Source of the DNA: a virus
Lineage: Duplodnaviria; Caudoviricetes
Virus record (IMG/VR): IMGVR_UViG_3300021399_000155
Span: 4,722-68,721 of that record
Length of the DNA stretch: 64,000 nucleotides
Reading direction: 5' to 3' (one strand)
The notes under the pieces are model-generated. The model worked only from the letters and a program-made list of their open reading frames with translations, was not told the DNA's origin and did no database searches. How positions within the stretch are numbered: position 1 is the first letter of the stretch; every line of letters begins with the position of its first letter. Below, in pieces: positions 1 to 8,843 of this stretch. The translations under genes and the position numbers were made by a program.

Positions 1-63
1 ATTATGGATTTTTTGAAGGATAATAATCGTATGATAGGTAATATCATCGGAAAGGAGTAAGAC

Positions 64-561
64 TTGGTTGAAGTAATTCTAAACACTCAAGATTGGAACA
101 CTAATGCCCCGCAAATGTATATGTACAACCGGGGACAAGAGCTTCATATCATCGGCGATCTACCCGAGAATTGTGAAGCTCATTTCAGTTTTACGGATAA
201 CTATAATGACCGTACAAGTGATAGACCGATTACAAAGACAGAAGATGGCGGCATTGTTGAAATCCCGAACGTGATGTTTCAAGCAGACAACCTTCTGTCT
301 CATAAGAAATATAAGTTTTATATTTTCCTATATGATCTTGAAGATGAAGATTCGGCGCATACTTTCCACAGAATTAATGTCCCGGTTTTGGAAAGACCAT
401 TGCCGGACGGTTATGTTCCAGATGCCGAACTTCCAGATTTCATTCAGAAGATAAATGATTTAACGATCAGACTTGACGAAGCAGAGCAACGTTTGGCGGC
501 AATAAGTGAACTTGTTCGTGACAACTTAGTCTACTACGAACAAGAGGAGGTGACACCATGA
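64..561 (+). CDS. virion tail/baseplate accessory protein (BppU N-terminal-like)
   Basis: AGGAG RBS; resembles the short BppU-like proteins that precede tail fibres in Clostridia phages; overlaps the fibre start (ATGA). Confidence 0.5.
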   Translation: MVEVILNTQDWNTNAPQMYMYNRGQELHIIGDLPENCEAHFSFTDNYNDRTSDRPITKTEDGGIVEIPNVMFQADNLLSHKKYKFYIFLYDLEDEDSAHTFHRINVPVLERPLPDGYVPDAELPDFIQKINDLTIRLDEAEQRLAAISELVRDNLVYYEQEEVTP

Positions 562-3365
562 GCGAGATCGTAAAACGTTTAACAGACACAGACGGTAATG
601 TTATTATTCCTATCACTAAAGCGGCTAATGTTGAAACATCGGACAAAAGCAATGTTCAAGCAAAGCTTAACCAGTTAAATAATAGACTTACATCTGTTAA
701 TACAGATATTACAAATATAAATGAAAAGATAGATCAAAAATCGGCGGCGATTGACGAGCAACTTACATCTCTGGACGATAAGATTGACCGACAAGTTGAC
801 GCTATCAACAATTCCATTACCCAGAAAGAAACTGCTCTTAACAACACTATTGCGCAGAAAGAGAATGCTGTTAATCAGAAAATTGATGGTGTTAAGCAAG
901 ATGTTTCTGAGCTAAGTGCTCATGTAGATAATGAGGTCTCCCGCATTGATCAGACAATGGAATCCTTCTCCTCTTCTATCGACGATCTCGATGCAAAAGT
1001 TGACAGAGAGGTTGAGACTTTAAACTCTACAATCACGGAAGCAGTTAACGATCTTAACACGGCTATTGATGAAAAGGCGGCGGAGCTTACAGAAAGAATT
1101 GATGGTGTCAGTGCTTCTGTTGATGACTTAGAGGAAAAAGTGGATGAGCTAATCGAGCACCCGGAATTTGAGCTTGGTGATCGTATTGCTAAAGGAACTG
1201 GGGAATTATCAATTCTTTTGGGTAATATCTCTGAAAACAACGCTTCTGGCATGAACTCTATCGCAGAGGGGAATGCCACCATTGCGTCAAATAAATCACA
1301 ACATGTGTTCGGCGAATTTAATGATCCAGATCCCTCAGAAAATTCGGCGAATATCCGAGGCGAATACGTAGAGATCGTTGGTAACGGTACTGCTGATGAT
1401 GCTAGAAGCAATGCTCGTACTCTCGATTGGTCTGGAAATGAAACTCTTGCCGGAAAGCTTACTGTCGGTGCGGATCCTACCGAGAACATGGATGTAACAA
1501 CTAAACAATATGTTGACAACGGACTGTCAACGAAAGCCAATGCATCTGACTTAGCTGCAAAGGCAAATGCTTCTGATCTAACTTTAAAAGTTGACAAACC
1601 AACCGCTTCTCCTAACGGAACATCCGGGCAATTTCTTAAGACTAACGGAGACGGTACTACTACATGGGCAGATGTATCTACTGCTACTGATGCTCAGGTG
1701 GAAAATGCTGTTGGAGATTGGTTAACTGGTCATCCCGAAGCGACCACCACGGTTCAGGACGGAGCTATTACAAAGGCAAAACTGGACTCCAATCTTCAGT
1801 CGAAAGTAGACGATGTCGATAACTTAAAGAGCGATTTAAGTATCCTTGTAATCAACGAAATAATAACCGTTCCAACGTCAACATCGTATCATGCGTTTGC
1901 TTTTGTGTCTAATCATACTTATAGACTAGTTAATAACACGACAAGCAGTATGAACGCATATACTTTCACGGAAGCAAATTCGTCTGGTGCGGTCGTCGAA
2001 ACCATCATGCAGAATTGGGTGGCGAATGAAGTCATAATGTTTACACCTACACAGAACGCGCCTGCTTTCCGTATATATGCAAATGCCAGTGGAACCGTTA
2101 CAATAGAGGATATTTCGGTCGGCGTTCCCAAGCTGGAAGTAGATGTTTCCGAACTACAAGAAAAGTCCAGTAGAACTGTGTTCACTGACGGTGTAAGACA
2201 GGTTACGGAAGCAAATACGACTTTCTTTTCACAAAGCGCAAACTTATTTAACAAAGAAACTGTGCTTGATAACTATAACCTTACACAGAACGGCTCCGAT
2301 TTTTATGAGGCAACTGGTTATATGGTGACAGAGGAATACATTGATGTCCGCAATCTGAATAGCATAAAAGCATTGTCAATTTCTAACGGCACTGTTGTAG
2401 CCGCTTCTATCCAATATGTATTGTACGATGCTAATAAAACGGCATTAAATAAGCGCACAGTTACAAATGCCGTACTTGATACCAGCAATGCAAGCTATTT
2501 AAGGTTCGGGACATCACTTGGTCAAAAAGACGTACTGATGATTGTTCCCGGAGACACCGACGTGGCAGAATATATTCCATATGGATTTACATTCGATTAT
2601 GCCGAAGAAAATGAAGCGACACTTGTAAAAATCAATCCAACGGATGATGTCATTCAGAAGCTGTTGGATAACAAAGGGAAAGACATTTATTTCAGCGCCG
2701 GGGATTATGACATAATCGCACAGTATGAAGCACATTTTGGAAGTAATTACTTCACGAATTATACGTATTACACAAGCGGTGGTGATAACCTTGGTGCGGG
2801 ATTGCCTATATACAGAGGCACAAAAGTAACATTCTCACAAGGTGCTGTTTTTACAGCTAATTACACAGGAAGTAATAACCTTGTAAGGACTAACTTTTCC
2901 GCTTTTTGGTTACAAAGTGATGTAATTGTTGATGGTTTAAGATTATCGGTGACGGGCATAAGGAACTGCATTCATGATGATTTTGATAATACCTATAATG
3001 GTACTACGATCATTAAAAACTGCCATCTGACAGGGGATACCAACATCATTGCAGGCGGTCTTGGGGTACACGAAACAGTCATTATTGAGAATTGCTATAT
3101 CGAGAGAACAAGCGGATCTGCGACTTATGACTTTTCCTATCACAACAATGGCAATGAAGGCGCACAAAGCACTATAGTTGTTAAAGACAATTACCTTGCA
3201 AGGGGATTCAGCGTGAGATGGTATGGTGCAAGCACTCTTTTGACGGATGTACTTGTTAGCAATAATAGCATGATGAATGATGTTGACATACGCGCAGAGA
3301 ACTCAACTGCAACAATCGAAAACATCAATCTTAAATCATGGAACAACGAAATAAGAACAGCATAA
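558..3365 (+). CDS. tail fibre / receptor-binding protein (coiled coil, YadA-like repeats, C-terminal beta-helix)
   Basis: 935 aa; N-terminal heptad coiled coil; YadA-head-like ASGMNSIAEG; KQYVD neck; GQFLKTNGDG and VQDGAITKAKL fibre modules; pectin-lyase-like C-terminus (IYFSAGDYD, NCIHDD). Confidence 0.8.
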   Translation: MSEIVKRLTDTDGNVIIPITKAANVETSDKSNVQAKLNQLNNRLTSVNTDITNINEKIDQKSAAIDEQLTSLDDKIDRQVDAINNSITQKETALNNTIAQKENAVNQKIDGVKQDVSELSAHVDNEVSRIDQTMESFSSSIDDLDAKVDREVETLNSTITEAVNDLNTAIDEKAAELTERIDGVSASVDDLEEKVDELIEHPEFELGDRIAKGTGELSILLGNISENNASGMNSIAEGNATIASNKSQHVFGEFNDPDPSENSANIRGEYVEIVGNGTADDARSNARTLDWSGNETLAGKLTVGADPTENMDVTTKQYVDNGLSTKANASDLAAKANASDLTLKVDKPTASPNGTSGQFLKTNGDGTTTWADVSTATDAQVENAVGDWLTGHPEATTTVQDGAITKAKLDSNLQSKVDDVDNLKSDLSILVINEIITVPTSTSYHAFAFVSNHTYRLVNNTTSSMNAYTFTEANSSGAVVETIMQNWVANEVIMFTPTQNAPAFRIYANASGTVTIEDISVGVPKLEVDVSELQEKSSRTVFTDGVRQVTEANTTFFSQSANLFNKETVLDNYNLTQNGSDFYEATGYMVTEEYIDVRNLNSIKALSISNGTVVAASIQYVLYDANKTALNKRTVTNAVLDTSNASYLRFGTSLGQKDVLMIVPGDTDVAEYIPYGFTFDYAEENEATLVKINPTDDVIQKLLDNKGKDIYFSAGDYDIIAQYEAHFGSNYFTNYTYYTSGGDNLGAGLPIYRGTKVTFSQGAVFTANYTGSNNLVRTNFSAFWLQSDVIVDGLRLSVTGIRNCIHDDFDNTYNGTTIIKNCHLTGDTNIIAGGLGVHETVIIENCYIERTSGSATYDFSYHNNGNEGAQSTIVVKDNYLARGFSVRWYGASTLLTDVLVSNNSMMNDVDIRAENSTATIENINLKSWNNEIRTA

Positions 3366-3400
3366 GTATGTAATTCAAAGCATACCGTGAAGGAGATACT

Positions 3401-3481
3401 ATGCCAGAATATGTAGGATGGGCACTAATGATAGTATTTATGATATGCTTGTTTCTAAATGCTTTATTTCACCCTAGATGA
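3401..3481 (+). CDS. 26-aa single-pass membrane peptide MPEYVGWALMIVFMICLFLNALFHPR
   Basis: read by hand (below the ORF-track cutoff); AAGGAG RBS 5 nt upstream; hydrophobic core. Confidence 0.45.
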   Translation: MPEYVGWALMIVFMICLFLNALFHPR

Positions 3482-3508
3482 TTTAAAAGTAAGGTTTTCG
3501 GAAAAGGG

Positions 3509-3533
3509 AGAGGTTCGATTCCTCTAGCGGCGA
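3509..3533 (+). ncRNA. isolated tRNA T-arm-like hairpin
   Basis: AGAGG-TTCGATT-CCTCT: perfect 5-bp stem with a canonical T-loop; no matching acceptor 5' strand found. Confidence 0.35.
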
Positions 3534-3546
3534 ATTGCCATTTTGC

Positions 3547-3594
3547 AAGGCGCAAGGTAAGTCATAGGATGAAGGTTCGATTCCTTCCGCCTTA
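3547..3594 (+). ncRNA. mini-tRNA-like element (acceptor stem + T arm, no D or anticodon arm)
   Basis: AAGGCG/CGCCTT closing an 18-nt linker and GAAGG-TTCGATT-CCTTC. Confidence 0.45.
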
Positions 3595-3864
3595 TAATTT
3601 AAAGCACCAATTTAAGGGATCTGAGGGCTGTGACAACACCATCCCTCTCTCCGCTTTTATTACGACTGAATAGAGTATATATTACAAGCAAATAGTAGCA
3701 GATGAACGCCAACAACATCTATAAATAAACGGTGGTTGCGCTGATACGCCACAAGAGAGCTATCCGGCATTGCGGGATGTCGTAGGAAGTGTGTACAACT
3801 TCTTCCCGCAACTTATTTTAAAAATAAAGTATGATAGACTTATAACTATAACGGTGACATAATA

Positions 3865-3890
3865 AAGCCGGGGCGTTTCCTCCCCGGCTT
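3865..3890. terminator. probable bidirectional intrinsic terminator between convergent genes
   Basis: AAGCCGGGG-N8-CCCCGGCTT. Confidence 0.7.
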
Positions 3891-3896
3891 GTAATT

Positions 3897-4877
3897 TTAC
3901 AAATATCTTTGATAGTTGTTTTTTACATTATTTTCTTCGATGTATACATACGACATTGTTGTGTCGAGCTTTTCGTGGCCTAATAGATGAGCTACCTCTT
4001 GTATACTCATTCCATGGTCAATTAAATTTGTTGCCATGGTTTTTCTGAAACGATGTGGATGAACTTTTTCAACACCAGCAAGACAAGCAAGCTTTGATAG
4101 ATTGCGTCTGATTGATCCGGGTTTTAACCTCGTATTGATACGTGACAGAAATAGTGGCTCTAAGTTATCTTTGCGACTGTCAAGATATCTTCGGAGCAAC
4201 AGTGCTGTCACATCATCGAAGTAGATGATGCGTTCCTTGTTTCCTTTTCCTAACACAACGCCCTCTCTCTTTTCGAGGTTGATACTGTTACGATTGAGTG
4301 AACATACTTCGCTAATTCTACATCCGGTAGCTAACATGAAGCGCATGATTGCGCTATCTCTCTGATTGAAGCAATTCTCTTGAAGCTGTGTTAGCTCTAC
4401 ATTGGATAGAGGCTTTCGAACAACCTTCTTATGTTTGATTTTCGAAAGGTTTAGACACGGATTCCTTTCGATAAGCCCCTCTTTGTAAAGCCAATTAAAA
4501 AGAGAGGAGAAGATACTTCTTTCCCCGTCCAGTGTGCTGTCTTGAACACCTCTGCTCTTTTCGGCGGAGAAATATTGGCGTATGTGATAAACTGTAATTT
4601 TATCAATCGGTATCTTGGTATATTTTAATAGTTTTTTCACTATGTAATCATACCTTGCGATTGTTCCATCGGATTTTCCTTCCACCCGTTTTGCAGATAG
4701 GAAAGCATCGAATAAGTCGATGTTCATGTCATATTGACGTTCCTGTTCTTCCGCAATGCATTTGTCAATGTTCGTCATGAATACATCTATTGTTCTTTCG
4801 ACTTGTTCTTTTGTTAAGAAACATTCTAGTTCTTTTTGGAAACATTCTATTATAGTTTGTTTCAAGGCATCAGTCAT
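3897..4877 (-). CDS. tyrosine recombinase, XerC/D-like
   Basis: TGCRISE, GKGNKER, HPHRFR, LGHEKLDTTMSY: complete R-K-H-R-H-Y catalytic set. Confidence 0.9.
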   Translation of the reverse strand: MTDALKQTIIECFQKELECFLTKEQVERTIDVFMTNIDKCIAEEQERQYDMNIDLFDAFLSAKRVEGKSDGTIARYDYIVKKLLKYTKIPIDKITVYHIRQYFSAEKSRGVQDSTLDGERSIFSSLFNWLYKEGLIERNPCLNLSKIKHKKVVRKPLSNVELTQLQENCFNQRDSAIMRFMLATGCRISEVCSLNRNSINLEKREGVVLGKGNKERIIYFDDVTALLLRRYLDSRKDNLEPLFLSRINTRLKPGSIRRNLSKLACLAGVEKVHPHRFRKTMATNLIDHGMSIQEVAHLLGHEKLDTTMSYVYIEENNVKNNYQRYL

Positions 4878-4995
4878 CGCTTACCTCCAATCTTTATGAT
4901 GGGTTATAGGCTTCTATGATTGATTCTTCTCTGTCTTTTGCCTGTTTATGATTTCTGAGAGAATCAATTGGAAGATGGTAAGCAACTTGATCTAT

Positions 4996-5024
4996 GAGGT
5001 ACTTTTCGAAGTACCTCTTTTTTT
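4996..5024 (+). terminator. intrinsic terminator
   Basis: GAGGTACTT-TTCG-AAGTACCTC followed by T7. Confidence 0.75.
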
Positions 5025-5033
5025 ACGCCTTTA

Positions 5034-5062
5034 TTGACAGATGGTTCGCTTTTGCTTATACT
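5034..5062 (+). promoter_or_regulatory. sigma-A promoter of the XRE gene
   Basis: TTGACA-17 nt-TATACT. Confidence 0.8.
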
Positions 5063-5085
5063 TAACCGCAAGGAGAACGACAGAT

Positions 5086-5430
5086 ATGTTTAGTACGGTT
5101 ATTTGTGGTGCTGTTAGTAGGAAATTACAAGAACTTCGGGTAATATATGATGTGTCAATTGAAGAAGTTGCGTCCGATCTCGGGGTTTCAGCTTCTACTG
5201 TGAAGAACATTGAGGCCGGATTAGTTGCGCCTAACGATGAAGTATTATTCTACTATGCAAATAGGTTTGAAACGACTGTTGGGGAAATACTAGACCTTGC
5301 CCCGTCATCAAGCAGGGATATTGCGGTAAATTCTGAGATCAATAAAGTGCTGAGAGCATACACGACTCGTCAGAAAGAAAAGATATTGGTTGCCTTGAAA
5401 GCTGGCGCTGGCCTTTTAGAATTGTATTAA
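5086..5430 (+). CDS. XRE/Cro-CI family HTH regulator (candidate repressor)
   Basis: LQELRVIYDVSIEEVASDLGVSASTVKNIEAG HTH; AAGGAG RBS before ATG 5086; the only + strand gene beside attP/int. Confidence 0.85.
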   Translation: MFSTVICGAVSRKLQELRVIYDVSIEEVASDLGVSASTVKNIEAGLVAPNDEVLFYYANRFETTVGEILDLAPSSSRDIAVNSEINKVLRAYTTRQKEKILVALKAGAGLLELY

Positions 5431-5449
5431 ATTTGTACAATCTGATTCT

Positions 5450-5610
5450 TGATGTAATCGAAGTGATGTAAGATTGATGTAGGGGTTTGACGATGGCTAA
5501 ACCTCCATTCTATAAGGGTTTGCGGTGTTTGTTCACTTTCAAGTCCCATTTCCCGCAGTATTAAAGTCGCCTAAAATCAGGGTTTTCGCTCTGATGCAAG
5601 GGTGATGTAA
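5450..5610 (+). mobile_element. attP: tRNA-Leu 3'-end core (5538-5557) with five arm-type repeats
   Basis: core TTCAAGT-CCCAT-TTCCCGC-A has T-loop/T-stem/acceptor/discriminator geometry; TGATGYAR direct repeats at 5450, 5464, 5475, 5592 and 5603; adjoins the integrase stop. Confidence 0.8.
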
Positions 5611-6875
5611 CCACTTTGTGGTATAATTCCTTTTAGTGCCTCATCTACGAGCAAAGATTTGTCTCTGCCGGACTTGCGTGACCAGAGATAATACTTGTGA
5701 GTGGTTGAGGCATCTTCATGTCCTAACATCTTCTGGATATCCTCAATCGTGAAAAGCTGCGACTCGTTCAGGATGGACGCATATGTCTTCCTGATGCAGT
5801 GACAGCTTCTTTGTATAATCCCAAGCTCCTTGCAAATCTCTCTCATCCGGCGGTTTACAGCGTCTTTGTGGATCCGAACACCGTCCTTGACGAACAGATC
5901 GTCTCCTTTGCTAACCGTTGCCGCAATGATTTTCACTAAGCTCTTCGCCCCGGCACTAAGTGGAATTTCCCGGCGATCTCTTCCTTTCTTTAGGTAATCG
6001 ACCGTTCGGTAGCCATCTCTATGATTTTTTCCTTGATCGTCCATGCTTGTGTTTGCCACTTCCTGTCTCTGCACTACGAGAACATCTTCTTTAAAGTCCG
6101 AGATTTTAAGGGAAACAAGCTCTCCTACTCTAAGTCCCAAACTGAAGTTCAGGACAATTGCAAGGTAAGCGACTAGCCCGGTTTCCCGGTACTTCGAAAA
6201 ACACAAGTCTGTGATCTTTTCGACTTCCTCGTCCGTAAAGAACTCTTTTTCTTCTGGTCTGCTATCAGAACCGTAGACGCTCCGTGAGATCCCGTGAACT
6301 TGTCTCGCCGGGTTTGAAGTGATAATCCGGCTGTCGACTGCATAATCGAACAGGCCATTGATAACGCCTTTCAATGTCATGGCTCTCTTCTTGGTCAATC
6401 CGTATTCCCGGATCTTCTCGGCGTACCATTGCTTAATATCGGGTGGATAGATCTTTCGAACGTCTATCTGTGTGATCTTCTCTCCGGCATAATACTTGTT
6501 CCAGAGGAATTCATCGTAGATTACCGTTTGTCCATCCACGGAAGCTTTTCTCATGGCAATCCATTTCGGGTAGATGTTCTCTAGTGTTGGAACGTCTTTC
6601 TGCTTCTTCACATCCCCGCCAAGTTCGTATTCCATGAGCAGTTGTATGAGCCCCTCTTCGGAAGTCGATGACTTTTGTCTCCTCACCCCCTCTCGATCAT
6701 AGAAGTTACAATAGTACTTGCCCCTTCTATCTAAGCTGATTTTGTATTTTTTTAGTACAATATCACGCAGATTTCTCATAATGATCTCTACGCCATCGTC
6801 AACCGATACATCACTGCCGATTATACCACGGTCAAGACCGAAAGCATAGAGGATCATTTTCTTTTGGATCGTCAT
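5577..6875 (-). CDS. int: phage integrase (tyrosine recombinase)
   Basis: LGLRVGE, HCIRKT, LGHED, HKYY; N-terminal arm-binding-like segment; adjacent attP. Confidence 0.9.
   Translation of the reverse strand: MTIQKKMILYAFGLDRGIIGSDVSVDDGVEIIMRNLRDIVLKKYKISLDRRGKYYCNFYDREGVRRQKSSTSEEGLIQLLMEYELGGDVKKQKDVPTLENIYPKWIAMRKASVDGQTVIYDEFLWNKYYAGEKITQIDVRKIYPPDIKQWYAEKIREYGLTKKRAMTLKGVINGLFDYAVDSRIITSNPARQVHGISRSVYGSDSRPEEKEFFTDEEVEKITDLCFSKYRETGLVAYLAIVLNFSLGLRVGELVSLKISDFKEDVLVVQRQEVANTSMDDQGKNHRDGYRTVDYLKKGRDRREIPLSAGAKSLVKIIAATVSKGDDLFVKDGVRIHKDAVNRRMREICKELGIIQRSCHCIRKTYASILNESQLFTIEDIQKMLGHEDASTTHKYYLWSRKSGRDKSLLVDEALKGIIPQSGYITLASERKP
6739..6761. repeat. 23-bp direct repeat, copy 1 (ATTTTGTATTTTTTTAGTACAAT)
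   Basis: identical to 50595-50617; dyad TTGTAY-N7-RTACAA. Confidence 0.75.
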
Positions 6876-7210
6876 TCCTTCCCTTTCGGCAGTTTTTCTT
6901 CATCAATCTGCCAATCGGAATTCCATGCCCAAGCACAGTAACCCATACCGTCCGAATTGTCGATCTCGTCTGGGTAGGCCATAGCCATGATTCTGCCCCA
7001 CTCCCGGAAAGTAAAGTAAAGAACGGTGCCATCATTTAGTAGTGGAACACCATGTTTATAGTTTTGGTGAACTTCGCCGGAAAAGTGGTAGCCATTCTCT
7101 TTTAAAGCATCGGCTACAATCTTCATGCGTTCATAGTAATCAATATAGTTGTTTACTTCGTAATCGTCGTTCCATCCAACCCAGTCGGAGACATATATTT
7201 TTTCACTCAT
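6872..7210 (-). CDS. hypothetical protein
   Basis: GGAGG RBS; coupled to int start. Confidence 0.7.
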   Translation of the reverse strand: MSEKIYVSDWVGWNDDYEVNNYIDYYERMKIVADALKENGYHFSGEVHQNYKHGVPLLNDGTVLYFTFREWGRIMAMAYPDEIDNSDGMGYCAWAWNSDWQIDEEKLPKGKE

Positions 7211-7363
7211 ATTATGCCCTCCAATTATCCAAGATTACCTCAACGGCTTCATCGAAGGCATCAATGATCCGATTTGCCCGGTAATTATCTCCGTCACTAT
7301 GCAATTCGCTGTACACAACGTCCATAAATTCTTCCCTGACCTCTTCAAGTTCTTTCGGCGTCA

Positions 7364-7726
7364 TCATGATTCTCCTCCCCGAGGTAACCCGTTTAGATTA
7401 TACCAGTTAAGAATGTCTCTCACTTGTCTCCCGATCTTGTAACCATTTAAATCAGAATATGTGATGTACCTTTCTTTCGTAATTGGATCCAGAATTCGAA
7501 CTCCTTCTTTTGTTGGCTCAATTACAAGCGCTTTATGTCCATCCTTCGCAATCAGTTCTGTCCCGGTAACAGGCTTCTTAGCTTCGACGTTGTTCTGCCC
7601 TTTGATAATGTCGCAAGCATAATCATCAAGAACAAGAGTATTGAATCCTTCGATCCTATATAAAGTTCTTCTGTCCGTCTTAATAACCTCGCCGATCTTA
7701 ATGGTTAAAGTGTCTCCTACATTCAT
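7364..7726 (-). CDS. hypothetical protein
   Basis: operon packing, RBS. Confidence 0.65.
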   Translation of the reverse strand: MNVGDTLTIKIGEVIKTDRRTLYRIEGFNTLVLDDYACDIIKGQNNVEAKKPVTGTELIAKDGHKALVIEPTKEGVRILDPITKERYITYSDLNGYKIGRQVRDILNWYNLNGLPRGGES

Positions 7727-7729
7727 TCT

Positions 7730-7954
7730 TTATTCACCCCTCTTTTCGAACATTGGTTTATTCCATGAAGTAGATGACATATATGTCCCTTTTGTAAAAA
7801 CATATTCTTCATCATCTGCAACGCTTAAATATTTTTTCATATGCTTTGCTTCTTTTGTGTGCGATGTTTCGTGCTCTAAGTGATAAGAAATCCATTCCTT
7901 AATTTCTGCACCAAGAAACACCGTTCCCACAGGATAACTCAGGATATTTTTCAT
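7730..7954 (-). CDS. hypothetical protein
   Basis: operon packing, RBS. Confidence 0.6.
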   Translation of the reverse strand: MKNILSYPVGTVFLGAEIKEWISYHLEHETSHTKEAKHMKKYLSVADDEEYVFTKGTYMSSTSWNKPMFEKRGE

Positions 7955-8314
7955 TCGCCTTTCATCCTCTTTTCTGACTATTCAAACATCGGACAAATTT
8001 CGTTTTTATCTCTCAATGGTACTTTCGAAGCATCCAGTACTGTTCGTAATTTGACACTCATCATACTCATGCACCTTAAACGCATCTTCCGGGTAATACA
8101 TGCATAAGTCATGTTCACAATCATAATGTATGCAATTGCCGCAACATTCTTCCATTTTTTCACCTCCTTAAATGGTTCTTTAAATAGGTCAATCATCTTT
8201 TTCTGACTTGGCACATATTTTCCCAACAATATACCCGCACATAAAGATTACATTTCCAATCGCTAAATATATCATGCACATTCTATACGACCTACTTTAG
8301 ATTATATGTTTGCT

Positions 8315-8479
8315 TTAGAGTACAATCTTTTTTGGCTTTTGCGGAAGAATGCGTTTACCGCAATATTGGCACTTATCTTCGTGATAGTATCCACGTTTGC
8401 CGCAATACGGGCAAGCCGCACCTTCTGCTATTGTTCCCTTCCAGATTGTTTTCCATGTGGGTATGGCATCGTTCTTCAT
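8315..8479 (-). CDS. 54-aa double zinc-ribbon protein
   Basis: hand translation: ...AACPYCGKRGYYHEDKCQYCGKR...; ATGA overlap with the upstream ORF. Confidence 0.55.
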   Translation of the reverse strand: MKNDAIPTWKTIWKGTIAEGAACPYCGKRGYYHEDKCQYCGKRILPQKPKKIVL

Positions 8480-8643
8480 TCTGTCACCTGTGCTTTGGGT
8501 TGCTTTATGTTTGGACAGTTATCACCTTTGCTTTGTGTTTTGCGTTCTGCTTCTATTCGCCACTCAAGATACCTTAACACGCCATTCAACGTAGCTATAA
8601 CGTCTTTGTTTTTTTCATCGTAAAAATGATAATTCTTCTTCAT
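8476..8643 (-). CDS. hypothetical protein (55 aa, MKKNYHFYDE...)
   Basis: internal ATG of track ORF 8476..8847; the upstream part of that ORF overlaps the structured RNA element. Confidence 0.5.
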   Translation of the reverse strand: MKKNYHFYDEKNKDVIATLNGVLRYLEWRIEAERKTQSKGDNCPNIKQPKAQVTE

Positions 8644-8757
8644 AGTGTTTTTTCTGATAATTTTATAAATACCAAAGGTGAGGCACGACCTCCAATCCGC
8701 TCGCTCCGATTGCACTGCGGCGTAAGGACAGTTCACGTTGTTCTTCCCCTGTGCCCG

Positions 8758-8843
8758 CCGCCTGTGAGGACTTGAACCTCTAGTCAGTCCCCTTGGTAAA
8801 TGGTGTTTTAAATGCGGATGGACTTTCTCCATTAGGACAGCCG
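8758..8843 (-). ncRNA. degenerate tRNA-shaped RNA with a 29-nt anticodon-position loop
   Basis: CGGCTGT/ACAGGCG acceptor (6 of 7 bp); TCC-TAAT-GGA mini D arm; AGTCC/GGACT stem; GAGG-TTCAAGT-CCTC T arm. Confidence 0.4.

Noticed and set aside
2900-3900. Diversity-generating retroelement acting on the tail fibre tip
   Set aside because: No template-repeat copy of the fibre 3' end and no reverse transcriptase seen in the window
5041-5085. Longer N-terminus for the XRE regulator (track start 5041)
   Set aside because: That ATG lies inside the -35/-10 spacer of the gene's own promoter; the RBS supports 5086
5450-5610. CRISPR mini-array
   Set aside because: The repeats are only 8 nt with 3-6 nt gaps and flank a tRNA-like core, which fits integrase arm sites; no CRISPR array seen anywhere and the Cas4-like gene sits in the replication module
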